Shown: positions 12,201 to 24,170, counted from the first letter of the stretch. The stretch is 64,000 bases of DNA from Tricharina praecox (GCF_024521635.1 NW_026250429.1:186001-250000), one strand, 5' to 3'. Numbers and translations: made by a program. The notes: a model not told the origin generated them from the letters alone.

Positions 12201-14581
12201 CAGCCAGCCAGCCAGCGCAACAGAGTTGGTAATCCACCATCAACAATCAACACATCAACCATCAGCCGCGCGGCGCCGGCGGCGGTGGGGTGTTGGACGA
12301 GGCGGTACGGTGCGGGGAAGTGTGAAGGGTGAAGCAGATAGAGCGCCGGACCCATCAGCGCGCGCGAGAGGGAATCCACCCTGTTCGTTCGGCGTAGACT
12401 GCCCTCTCCGGATGGTGAGGATTGACCCTACATGAGTACCGTGTATTTGGGTATGTGGGTATGTGGGTATGTCATCGACTCCCGGAGCCCACGCTGCGCA
12501 CACGGGGCAAACGACCAGAAACGTGAAGACTCGCTCGCCTCATCACACGCGGCGGATGTATGATGTACTCTACATACTCTTACTGGTACCTTTTCGCAGC
12601 TGCACCGGGGGGGGAGGTAGAGTACTCTACATGCAGGAGCGGTGTAGATATCTCCATAGAGTGAGTATACGGGTACTTTCCTTAGCCCACAGCACACAAA
12701 GTAGTGGCCGTCAGTTAGTTGGTCGTCGTCGTCGTCGTCGCTTGTGGCTGCGCTCGTACCACCGTCGCACAAGAGGCAGGGATGGGACTCCATGGGAGCG
12801 AAGCGGGAAGCACCGCTGATTGGCCGGCTAAACGAAACGAACAGCGGAGAGCTCGCTCTCCTCCGAAGCTCGGAGGGAGGGCTCAGGGATGGGCTGGTGC
12901 TTGCGGTGCTGGGTGATGATCTATGGGTCCGGGGGGGGGTGGCTTTTTCTTTTCTTTTTTTGATTTTGATTTTGGAATTGTTTCTTCGAACGACGAACGA
13001 GAATGCGGAGAGATGATTGGATTGGATTCAACTGATTGGATTCCACTGCTACCGTCCAACCGAAGACGAGAGCAGAGGAAGCGGAGGAACAGGTAAAACA
13101 TGAAACATAAAACATAAAACACGGAGATCTCGTAAGGAAATTTTATTCCTCGTCAATTATCACCATACAGCTCCACCACACACCTACTACTACTACTACC
13201 ACCACCACCACCACCACCACCACCACATAAACCATCTCCGCTACGGTATCCAATCCAATTCACCGGTGATGGCTCGGCACGCCGACCGAACCACTCACGC
13301 GAGGCACGCACCGGTTCCGGCCAGCCGGCCACACGCTGATCATCAGCTCCACGTCGACGCCTCGATGCCTCTCCGGCTCGATATCCTCGGTATCCTCTCT
13401 TCTTCTCTCAAGTCTCTTCTTCTCGAGTCTCGACTTCTGCCGCGCCCACAGTCCCACTACGAATCTACGATCGCTGGAACACTTGGACTAGGTAGTCTAG
13501 GTACGGTACGGTCCGGTACGGTAAAACGACTAGAACTACCAGAACTACTCGAGTAGAGTGTAGTACTATAAAGCTCTGGGCATCTTCTCCCCATGGGTCC
13601 ATGGGATAACCATCATGGATGGGATCGGTCTGCTCGCAAACCGGCAAGGTTTGAGGAGCTCTACTATATCCTCTACATAGAGTCTATGTGTGTATGTAGG
13701 TACGAATCACGATTGGATTCCCGTTCCGAAGCACAGCGCACACATACACACACACACACACATCATATACCTACGCACACACATACCTAATATACGCACA
13801 CACGGATGGACTCCACCGAGATACATGGAACTAGAGTAGTTAAGCAGCCAAGTGATGAGCAAAGTGGTGGAGTGGAGTGGAGTGGATGGTGGAGTGGTGA
13901 AATGGTGGAGTGGATCATGATGACCTTTCCCTTCCTTTCCATTCCCTCCGGCTCTCCTCCGGCCTGGCTCCGGGCGCGCTATCTATCCACCATCGAGCAT
14001 CCATACTGTTTTTTTCGTTTCCCAAAACCCCACAGGGCCACAGGATCCGCCCTTAAGCTCAAGCTTGGAGAAAGCTTCTCCCCACCCCCACTAACTACGG
14101 TACACACTACGGTACCACCCACTACATATCCATGAAATCATTCGCCCGCTCGCCAGCGCAGCAACACACTTACGACGACGCTTGCATCTTGCATATCTCG
14201 CTCGCTTGCTCGCGTCCCGCCATCCACTTAACCTACATATGAATCATGATGCAGATACAGGCGGGCAGGGAGGCTAGACGGTTGCTCTAGTATGATAACT
14301 TTACTCGATCTTCCGTCAGCGAGACCGTAGAGGGAGCGGAGTTGGATGGTAACTATGGTACAGGACAGTATTACAGGATGATACAGGATGCTGTAATAAC
14401 TGCAGTGTCATCAGTTTCCATGTCTGTAGTCCGTGCTACGTTTTACTAGTAGTTCTGCCTCTTCTTCATCTTGATCTTCATCATGATCTTCTTCTCACCC
14501 GTACCAGTACAAATATCCCACTTTCAATCCGCTTTCCTCGTGTGCACTACAGTAGATACTACCAGTCCTCCACTCGACTAA

Positions 14582-16153
14582 CTACCAACCCCATCTCACG
14601 CCCAAAAACTTTTTCTTGCCTCCCTCGCCTATCCTCTGTGTATCATCTACATTTTCCAAGTACACTCTGCTCCTCCCTGCAACACCAGTGACCGTGGTTT
14701 TAGCTTCTTCTCCACAAAAGACAAAAAACAAAAACAAAAACACAAGTGTGAGAATTGTGAGCCGATAAATCCTCCTGCTACTACCACCCCTCACCAGTTC
14801 GCAAACCTGACATATCCTGATGGGTGGGTGGGTGCGGTATAAATGATATAATGATATATCGGGGGTCATATGGGTGAATTGTGTAGGAGCGGGCTTGGGC
14901 AGTTACAACATAGACATACCTGCAACGTCAAGGTATAGATATTTGTACTCGTACTCCTTCTGGCCCGGCCGTTTGATTAGGTGGAGGTTGACCACGCCCT
15001 TGTCCAGATCGCCCTCGACCTTGAGAAGTTGAGCGAGATGTCATGTCAGCCTGCGCACCACATAATGGAATAGGCAAAGTACGACGGGATGCATGATGAT
15101 GATGAGGATGATGAAGGGCGGGCCACAAACATTGAAGTGTACCCGAAGGTGCTCCGTCCCGGACCGATCTGTGCTTACGCTTGCTCTGTTTGTCCCGTAT
15201 GCGTTCGTCAGAACCAGCTGCTTTAACCTCTGGAAGCAAAAAACCCCCATCCCCGCGCGCCCCCTCCCTCGAGTTTTTCTCGCTTGTGTATGTGTGTATG
15301 TGTATGGGTGTGTGCACCCATCAAAAACTCACGCAATCGGTCTATTCCTTGCCCAGCGATTCCACGTCTCTTCACCGTAGGCCTTTATCGTTCCCGCACC
15401 CAGAAGTTGCACGCACTGCGGATCGCTCTTGACCCGTGCGTGCGCGCGATTGAACCAGTTCGTGACCGAGTCTGGCGCTATCACCTCGAGGTAGACAAAT
15501 GTGAAGACCGCTCCCTGCAGAGGCAACGTAACGCAAACAGACCGTCAGCGATGCGAGAACAGAACAGAACAGAACAGAACTAATTGGGACACGGGACGGG
15601 ACACAGGACGGATGCTCAGACACGCCTGGCCGAGTGGTGATCCACTCCAGAGCTCGGCAATCAAAGACACCACCACCATCCTTTTCCACTAGTACTGCCG
15701 GTGCTGCTGCGTGGAGAATGAAGATGGAGGTAGTGGTGGCAGTAGCAGTGGTGGGGGTGGTGGAGGACGACGACGAGGAGGAGGGGAAGCAGCAGCAGGA
15801 GGAGGAGGGTGAGCACCTACCGTCACAGCCAGTCCGACCAGAATCGTGGCAGCACTCGCACCGGTGCTCGCCGTGCGCACCGCCCTCTGGCCTCTCGACA
15901 GTTCGGCCCACTTCTTCACGCTCGGATCACCACGGTTCAAAGATATTTGCTTCTTCGGGGACGACTGCTGCTGCTGCTGCTGTGCAGCACGTGTTGCAGC
16001 ACTAGAGTGGATCCCATACGCCGGTGCCGAAGGAAATAGGCGAAGGCTCTGGAGCTGACTCGACAGGAACGTGCGACGAGCGGTGGTTCTGGCGAGGGAC
16101 ATGTGCGTTGCGATTGGCGAGAGGAAGCGAGCTGTGCTGGAGAGGCAAGGCAA
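14582..16153 (-). CDS. TIM21: Mitochondrial import inner membrane translocase subunit Tim21 (exons ~16153-15821, 15514-15333, 15185-15131, 15019-14920, 14676-14582)
   Basis: Arg/Ser-rich presequence, WAELSRGQRAVR, then a TM segment ILVGLAVT|GAVFTFVYLEV. Then NWFNRAHARVKSDPQCVQLLG..IKAYGEETWNRWARNRPIA..GTEHLRVHFN|VEG..GVVNLHLIK..EYEYKYLYLDVA|GRSRVYLE..KKFLGVRW. All introns are GT-AG. The start could be a downstream Met. Confidence 0.92.
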
Positions 16154-16700
16154 GGGATTGGGAATTTCCGTGTGTGTGTAAAGTACACTCTATTTTTTTG
16201 GTTTGGGTGGGTGTGTGTTGTATGTTTGGGGTCGGTCGTCTGCAGTTGGAGGTGACGTGAAGTTGGTGTTGTGGGTTCGCTCGCCTGTGGACTTTTTTTT
16301 TGTCGCTGGTTATTCGAGATCTCTGCAACTTTGGGTTGTTGGGTGTTTCGTCGGAAGATAGCTGGGGAAGGGCGACGGTAGATGCCGAGCACGTGCGATA
16401 AGATCGGGTGTCAGATGATGCATTGAATGGATATCTCCGGGCAGGATCTAATCTCCTCAATCTTATCGCAGCCATCATCACATGTCCCAGCGGCCAGAGT
16501 ATTAGTCATCGTTCATTTCCGGTTAGTCGCTGCTTCACGGGCGATTTTAGGACAAGTCCCAGAGTAACAGTCTGTCCCCTCAAACCTCTGCCTGTTGCTG
16601 ATCAGCCAGCTATCACATCCACCACCACCGACACCCTGCCACAAACACAACAAAAAATACTAACCCCCCTACACCTACACGCACAGCTACGATCGTTACA

Positions 16701-18492
16701 ATGAGTCTAGCATCGAAAACACAGTCGCAGAAACTGTTTGAGAAGCTCAAGTCCAGCCGGTCCAACAAGGTGAGTGAATCGGAAGGGGGAAGGGGGAGGG
16801 GGGAGGATAGGGATGAGCTGGCTGGGCGTTACCTGCATTGGTGCCTCCCGTGCTCTTGTTTCTCCGGCGCGTCGTCTGTGATCTGTCTGGCTGACACTAT
16901 CCTCGAACACAACCGCAGGTCTGCTTCGACTGCACTTCAAAGAACCCAACCTGGGCCTCCGTCCCGTTCGGCATCTACCTATGTCTCGACTGCAGCTCGC
17001 ATCACCGAAACCTCGGTGTCCACATTTCGTTCGTTCGCTCTACCGTGCTTGACCGTAAGTTTGACACCACTGCCGCTCGACGCTACTGGGCTCATGTGGA
17101 TGTACGACAGAGTGGCAATGGGACCAGCTTAGGATCATGAAGGTCGGTGGTAACGAGTCCGCCACCAAATATTTCCAGAGCCACGGCGGCTCTGCAGCCC
17201 TGGTATCGAAGGACATGACCGTCAAGTACAGCTCGAACGCGGCGACCAAGTACAAGGAGGAGCTTAAGCGGAGAGCTGTGGAGGACGCTAAGCAGTAACT
17301 CGCCCCCCCTTACTTCTGCATCCCACCGCCGGACTCCACTCACATGTGTTGGTTGTGTGCAGACATCCGGAAGAGGTCGTCGTCGACGGCGGCGAGGAAG
17401 TTGCCGCTACACCGGATAAGGACGAGGATTTCTTTTCGTCGTGGGATAAGCCCGCCATCAAGCGCCCGACACCCCCGCCGTCTCGTACCGCCACTCCTCC
17501 CGTCATCGGCAGAACCGCATCTCCGCTCAATCCGCAAGCCGCTGGCAATGGTGCCGCCGGGAACGGAATCGCACGATCGAAGTCGCCACTCACCGGTACC
17601 GCCACCCCTCCTGCCGCTCCTCGAACTACCACATCCTCCGCGCTGCGTACCAAGAGCGGTACCACCGGTCCCCGCAAGAGTGGTGTATTGGGCGCAAAGA
17701 AGGGTAAGCTCGGCGCAAAGAAGCTCGCCGGTGAAATCATCGATTTCGACGAGGCGGAGAAGAGGGCAAAGGAGGAAGCGGACCGTATTGCCAAGTTGGG
17801 CTATGACCCTGATGCCGAAGAGGACCAGAAGGACAAGGGAAAGGTTGTGGCGTCGACACCGACACCGGCATCGGCGGCCAAGGGACACCAGAGGAACAGC
17901 AGCGACACCGAGAGGTTGGGCCTGCAGATGAACAGATTGGGCTTCGGTCAGGTTGGCGGTGGTGCTGGGGCGGCTGCAAAGGCTGCGCCGAAAAAGATGG
18001 GTGGGTTCGGATCTGTTGGAGCTTCTGCTGCTCAAGGTATGCTCATCACATGCTAGCTCACATGATGTGTACGGATACTAACCATGACCTTCAGACGATG
18101 ATGAATCCTTTGCCCGCGAAAAGTTCGGCCAGCAGAAGTCCATCTCTTCGGACGAGTTCTTTGGTCGCAACAACTTCGACCCACAGGCACAGTCCGAAGC
18201 TCGCACTCGTCTGCAGGGCTTCGACGGCGCCACTTCCATCTCGAGCAATCAATACTTCGGACGTCAAGAGGAGGAGGAGCCTGTCGATTTGACCGATATG
18301 AACAACCTCGAGGGCACCGCGAGGGAGCTCGCCCGTAGGCTTGCGGGCACTGCTGGCGAGGATCTGGAGAATATCACGATGGCGCTGGGACAGGGCGCCG
18401 ACAAATTGCAGAATGCTCTGAAGCAGTAAGGACCCACAATTCCTCAGCAATGCTGGCTCGAATCTAACACGTGCACCAGGTACCTTCGATAA
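16701..18492 (+). CDS. GLO3: ADP-ribosylation factor GTPase-activating protein, Glo3/ArfGAP2-3 type (6 exons)
   Basis: ArfGAP zinc finger [57 protein letters not shown], a basic [10 protein letters not shown] region, and C-terminal Glo3 motifs [11 protein letters not shown] and SISSNQYFG. Introns at ~16770-16918, 17055-17110, 17295-17362, 18038-18094, 18426-18479. Confidence 0.96.
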
Positions 18493-18571
18493 AGAGCTAG
18501 GTAGGTAGCCATGTGGGTAGGGCAAAGGTTGGCGATGTATGATCTGTTTTATCGCGTGCACTTTTCTTGAA

Positions 18572-18643
18572 GATCGGGATCGGGATCGGGATCGGGATCG
18601 GGATCGGGATCGGGATCGGGATCGGGATCGGGATAGGGATAGG
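18572..18643. repeat. (GATCGG)n hexanucleotide microsatellite just 3' of GLO3
   Basis: About 10 perfect copies plus GATAGG variants. Confidence 0.95.
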
Positions 18644-21109
18644 GGGAGCGCAAAATGGTATTCCTTTTGTTCTATATTCTACATGTTCCTGCTCGCGTCT
18701 GGTTATGCAGTTTTCTTCTTCTTTTCCTGACTCCTGAGCCCTATATCGTGTGTTCTATATTTACCTCGTCCCCTACGTACTAGAATGATAATCTCTGTGC
18801 AATGTGCATTTTTTTCTTTTCTTTTCTTTTCTTCTTGTAAACGTACTTTTCATACGCCGTACTCTACGGGTTCAAGGTTGAAGAATCGAAAATGCACATA
18901 ATCCCAAGTCGCAAGAAATTGACGGTTTTGGCGTTTGGGCCGGAGCTAGGTGCTGCGGCCGCGGAGCTGATGGCGTAACCTCGTAGGCGATTGGCGGCTG
19001 CGTATATCGTGGGGAGGGATGGGTAGGGAGGGGTGGGAGCTGGGAGGGAGGGGTGGGTGGAGCTTTGGAAATTGATAGCTTGTTTCAGCATTCATGCTCG
19101 TGTTTCGGCTGAAATAGGTATTTGGATGGATGGGTGGATGAATGGACGGCTATACTAGTTGTACCCTCTCTGTACTCCGTGGGGCAAATGGCAAATGTGC
19201 GCAGGCGCGGAGAATGGGAGGATATGCGAGCGAGAATTTGTGATCAGATTGCTGATAATCGGATAGGATGGGCTGGGATTGGATGAGCTGGGGAGGGACG
19301 GGCTTAATTCGGTTCGATAAAGTGCTGCTGCTGCAAGGCCGGGGTTCCGAGCCTCCTTCCGCTCCGAGTTTTTAAGTCACAGTGAGCACGGTGAGCCGGA
19401 TACTATCGGCTCGGGCTTCTCCGGTGCTGACTGCTGCTGTCGCTGTAGGCTGTGGTTATACGGGCAAGATGCCTCGTGGACGATTACTGGCTGTGCTGTG
19501 GCCTGTGGGTTGGGAGGCGAGGGGGGGGGTGTGGCTAGAAGGTGAATTGGGCTGGGTGTCAACGTGGCTGCAGCGTGGTAGACGTGGACGGCAGGCTTCA
19601 TGGACGGATATACTGGTCTTAGTGGTATGTCGGCAGGCTTGAGAGCACCGGCTGGTCGCTGGACCGTGTGGGATACATACAACACAGAGTCGTAGAGACG
19701 GGGAGCTATCATCGATTCATAGGCTATCAGCCTTATCTAGCAGTGTATAGTATGGCCGAATTACCTAGGCACCTCAACTTTCAAGGGCAAAGCTACAGCC
19801 TACAGGCAGTCTACCAACTGTGAGGCCACGGCTGGGGATAGTTATGTATCAGTCTGCTTTGCTCATTCACCGCAAGGGCAGCCGATTAGCCTACCGAATG
19901 ATAGGTTTTATGAAGCAGGATCTAAGATAGAAGCGATTTGGAGAGGGTATGAAGTCTGTTCGAATAAGGAGACACTAATATCGGTTCGAATAACGAGATA
20001 CTGATACTGGCTCAAGTAACGATATACGTGGGCACAATTTCAATTCCCAGCAAAACATTAACTAGATTATCTCCCACCAATCCACCACGTCTACGGTCTA
20101 CCACCTGCTTCCGGAGCAGATCTAGATTCCAGAAAAGCCAAGCAACTGCGGCTGTAAATTGCGCAGATACTCGGTCGCTCCCCATCACCTACTCTGCTGT
20201 ATGTACATTGGCAAAAACAAATAGACCTGCGAGGAACACCCTTCCCACTCCCTCATATTCCTCCCTGTCTAGTCTGGTCACCCCATGATGTCGACGGCGA
20301 ACGATATCACTTCCTCTCCGCACACACCATCCTCCTGCTTGCAGTGTTCTGGAGTACATGGTCCGATCTGGACTGGATTGGACTACCTATGTAGAACATT
20401 GGCGGGCTACGAGCCTACGAATTACGATGACAGGTAAATATCTGGTACCTAACTAAGGTGCGTCACGACGAGCTCGAAAGGATACAAAGTCATTGAGGAT
20501 GCAGTTATCTGCGATAAAATTGAAAGCAACAACACGATCTCATGCTCCCTGTCAAAGATTGCACCCATCTGTTCTTAGATGGCTTCGTCTCCTTTCAAGT
20601 AGACAAGAAAAATAACAACTCCTTCAGCTCTAAACCTCCTCCTCTTCGTCCTCACCGTCCTCACCGTCCTCCTCCTCCCTGACTTCCATAGCCTCCTACA
20701 GAATACTGCAGTCTTGGCTTAGTCCTTACTCCTCCGTCTCTCTCGTAGTTCTCATCCCCCCCCTCCTTGCCTTCCATCAGCCCCTTCTCCTCATTGCCTC
20801 ACTTGCGGCTCTTGTAGCTCTTCTGTCCCTCCATCTCCTCCTCGGCGGCGGCGGCAGCATCGTTGTCGACGGTGTCAACGGTGTCAACGGCGTCGACGTC
20901 ATCCTCGACCGCGAAGTTGGCGGCGATGGCCAGCTTGGAGGCTGGGGTGATAGTGGTGGCGGCCATGGTTTCCGTTAATGTGTGATTTGTGGTGGGTTCG
21001 AATGGTTTTTAGTTGCGACTTGTTGAGCGTTGGGAGGTTATTGGCCGATTGATGGTGGGGTAGGAATAAGGCGGCGGGGCAGGTGACATGGCAAGAGGGA
21101 GAGAGAGGC

Positions 21110-21200
21110 GGAAATGGGGGAGGTGGAAATGGGGGGCAGATGGAAATGGGGGAGGTGGAAATGGGGGAGGTGGAAATGGGGGAGGTAGAAATGGGGGGAG
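21110..21200. repeat. ~15-bp degenerate tandem repeat (GGAAATGGGGGAGGT)
   Basis: About 6 visible copies. Confidence 0.85.
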
Positions 21201-22321
21201 GAGGAATCCCACGGGAAAAACCCTAGGCGGTGCAGGGAACTTAATCGCCGTTGCGTCGTTATTGACGCATGTCGCTGCCGTCGAGGCATGTCGCTGCCTT
21301 CGAGGCATGTGATGTCACTCACTCATTGAGTGATTGTGAATTGCTGCCCGAGAGCCACAGAACCAGTGTTCTACATAGTCCGGACTATGCAGAACACTGC
21401 CTACTTATTTCTTGGGCCGTCCGACGGCACCAAGCTGTTGGGACAATACCGGTGATGATAGTGATGGATGTATCAAACATGACCGGACGGAGAGGTAATC
21501 GATGAGACAGAGCCGTTTGATGTAGGGAGCGATGTAGTGAGAGTGCAACGAGGGAGGACTTTGACTAGAGGAGTGTATTGAAACATAGAGTGAGATGTGC
21601 TTGTCGAAGAGTTATGACGGATGGAGCTGGCGGTGGAGCGAGCGATTAGACGTGGGGGTATATGCCACAGAGGGCTGACAGGGATGTGTGATTGTGACAG
21701 CGAAGAAGGAAGAGCGAGGAGGGAGAGGAGGAGGGAAAGGAGGAGGGAGAGGAGGAGGGAGCAGTGTTTGGCAATGTTACACGGTGTGTAGGCCGCGACA
21801 TGATGGTGCGTGGATCAAACAGTCCGGACAATTCTATCCCCCGACCCCACCGTGTGAACCCCACTCTCCTCCCTCTTTCTACTTCCTTATACTCATCTCA
21901 TAGCAAAACATCAACTTCTATTGTTAGTCCTCTCCAGCCATCCTTACGCTACAAAGCCGATTCCTCTCGACACCTCCCGCTTACCGCGTATGGTTGACAG
22001 TGTTTTTGATATCTATATTCTACGATCTTCTACTTCTACTCTCTTTCCATACAATCTCCGTGTGAGACGATAGCCACAGCGCCTCCCCACTTAACCCCAA
22101 AGGCCACCATGGGCCACATAAGTAAGTAAACCACCACCGATGGGCAATTGGGTCAAGCCAGATGCTAACGGCCTAGATTTGAGCGGGGCATCCTCGCAGC
22201 AATCAAGGAGTACTATGATTGCCAATGGACGGCTCGAAGACGAGATCATCAAGGGCCGAGCTGAGCAAGGCCGAGGGAGAGAAGACAATGCCCACTCTCC
22301 TGCTGTAAGAAGCTCTCCATC

Positions 22322-22468
22322 TCGCTCGAAGACGAGATTGTCCAAGGCCTTGTGGGCAAGGCCCAAGGGGAGAAGACAGTGCCCACTCTCCTTTTGCACA
22401 GTGCCGAGGGACTCAAGCTCTTCGAGGGCATCACATACCTCGATGAGTATTACCTCACCAACACCCAA
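22322..22468 (+). pseudogene. N-terminal fragment of a histidine-specific SAM methyltransferase (Egt1/EgtD family); best-preserved of three copies
   Basis: Translates as SLEDEIVQGLVGKAQGEKTVPTLLLHSAEGLKLFEGITYLDEYYLTNTQ, matching the fungal Egt1 motif LPTLLLYxxxGLxLFExITYLxEYYLTN. Confidence 0.85.
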
Positions 22469-22779
22469 GCTTCTCCCGCTTCCTTTATTTGCCGTTGTCG
22501 GCAACCAACTAAGTGAACCATCACGATGGAAGATTGAGTCAAGCCAGATGCTAACAGCGCCTAGATTCGAGCGAGGCATTCATCGCCGTAATCGTGGATC
22601 TCGACCGGGACGCATACAGCTCACGCAACGGAATCCCTGACTGCTACGACCTCTTCGACTTGCACGTCCACCGGCACCTTACCAGCCTCTCAGCGCGCAC
22701 CATCTACGCCCTCTTCGAAGCCGTCTCCAGCCTATGCGGGGCCGGCCGAGAGCCGCGGGCTCTATACGGATGTATCGTA

Positions 22780-22913
22780 GAGATAATCAAGGGCCTTGTG
22801 GGCAAGGCCGAGGAGAGCAGACATTGCCCACCCTCCTGCTTTACGGTGCAGAGGGACTCAAGCTCTTCGAGGGCATTACATACCTCGAGGAGTACTACCT
22901 GACTAACACCTAA
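22780..22913 (+). pseudogene. Frameshifted Egt1-type methyltransferase fragment
   Basis: EIIKGLVGKAE / (frameshift) EQTLPTLLLYGAEGLKLFEGITYLEEYYLTNT*. Confidence 0.85.
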
Positions 22914-23294
22914 GTTGCTTCCGCCCACACCTGCCCCCAGCGAGCCCAGCGACACCACCAGCAGCTTCAACCTTCAACTTCTACTCTCTTTCCATACAAT
23001 CTCCATGTGAGACACGATAGCTATAGCGCTTCACCACTTAACCCCAAAGGCCACCATGGGCCACATAAGTAAGTAAACCACCACGATGGACGAATGTGTC
23101 AAGCTAGATGCTAATAGCGCCTAGATTTGAGCGAGGCATCCTCGCTGCAATAAAGGAATATTTTATTTGCCGTTGTTGGCAACTAAGGTCGCCCTATGGG
23201 AGCAAGCTGCTCCCTCTTCCTTTATTTGCCGTTGTCGGCAACCAACCAAGTAAACCACCACGATGGACGATTCAGTCAAGCCAGATGCTATTAG

Positions 23295-23396
23295 CACGAG
23301 GTTGGGTTGTTTGCCGACGGTGCGACGGTGAAGGTCGTGGGAGAGGAGACGTTCAGGCTGTGTAAGGAGCATGCGGATGAGGTTATTCAGGTCTCG
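23295..23396 (+). pseudogene. Internal fragment of biosynthetic threonine deaminase (Ilv1/IlvA)
   Basis: Translates as [34 protein letters not shown], matching the IlvA motif VGLFADG(V/A)AVKxxGxETFRLC. Confidence 0.85.
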
Positions 23397-23669
23397 GCAT
23401 CCTTGCAGCAATCAAGGAGTATCTACCCCCTGCCCCCGCCAGCGAGCCCAGCGACACCACCAGCAACTTCAATCTTCAACTTCTACTCTCTTTCCATACA
23501 ATCTCCATGTGAGACACGATAGCCACAGCGCTTCACCACTTAACCCCAAAGGCCACCATGGGCCACATAAGTAAGTAAACCACCACCGATGGACGATTGA
23601 GTCAAGCTAGATGCTAACAGCGCCTAGATTCACGCGAGGCATCCTGGCGGCCATAAAGGAATATTTCAT

Positions 23670-24170
23670 TTGCCGTTGTCGGCAACCAACCAAGTAAACG
23701 ACGTGCCTGAGGATATTTCGTACTGGCTCGTCGTGAGAGAGGTCAGGGTCTTTGGACATGGTGCGGGTTTCCCGGAGGAAGACATTGCGGCCGGAAAAAA
23801 GGTTGTTGCTAGCAAGAAGGATACCGCTGGCAAACGCAAGAAGATTTCCAGGACCGGTCGCCCGGCGCGCAAGAAGGCCCGCCAGGCAGCTCGGGATAGC
23901 ACGGATTCAGAGTCGGAGAGCGACTCCGGATCCGTGCTGTTGGGTGGTAAGAAGGCTTTGGCCATCAAGCTGTGCAAGGTGGAACCGGAGCTGGAAATGA
24001 TGAAGAAGCAGTTCCAGAATGAATACAGAGTCAACCATGACTCTGTCGCCTCCGAGTAACGGAGGGTCAACATGGACGATCTACGGACGACCTTTGAGCA
24101 CGGAGATGGGGAAGGAGGACGGCAGGCGGCCGGGTGGAGGATTTTCTTTGTCAGGTTCTGCTTTCTGCTT
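23670..24170 (+). pseudogene. Unidentified Lys/Arg- and Ser/Asp-rich coding-like fragment
   Basis: Open frame with an NLS-like KRKK..RKKAR, an acidic DSTDSESESDS and a helical tail. It has no ATG start, and a protein-like frame continues past the stop at 24059. Confidence 0.3.

Larger units (their letters stand above)
22030..23700 (+). repeat. Locally repeated ~180-bp exon-intron module (3 long copies at ~22030-22213, ~22975-23160, ~23477-23665; 2 partial copies at ~22484-22580, ~23220-23294)
   Basis: Shared sequence CTACTCTCTTTCCATACAATCTCC..CCACTTAACCCCAAAGGCCACCATGGGCCACATAAGTAAGTAAACCACCAC..GATGCTAA(C/T)..CCTAGATT..GGCATCCT...AAGGA. Confidence 0.9.

Noticed and set aside
8300..14500. Numerous short ORFs (e.g. 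11393-11890)
   Set aside because: Driven by microsatellites (poly-V/T/H); no recognisable domains or consistent exon structure.
18864..19712. Possible minus-strand gene convergent with GLO3
   Set aside because: Short ORFs could not be joined into a stop-free spliced model, and no family was recognised.
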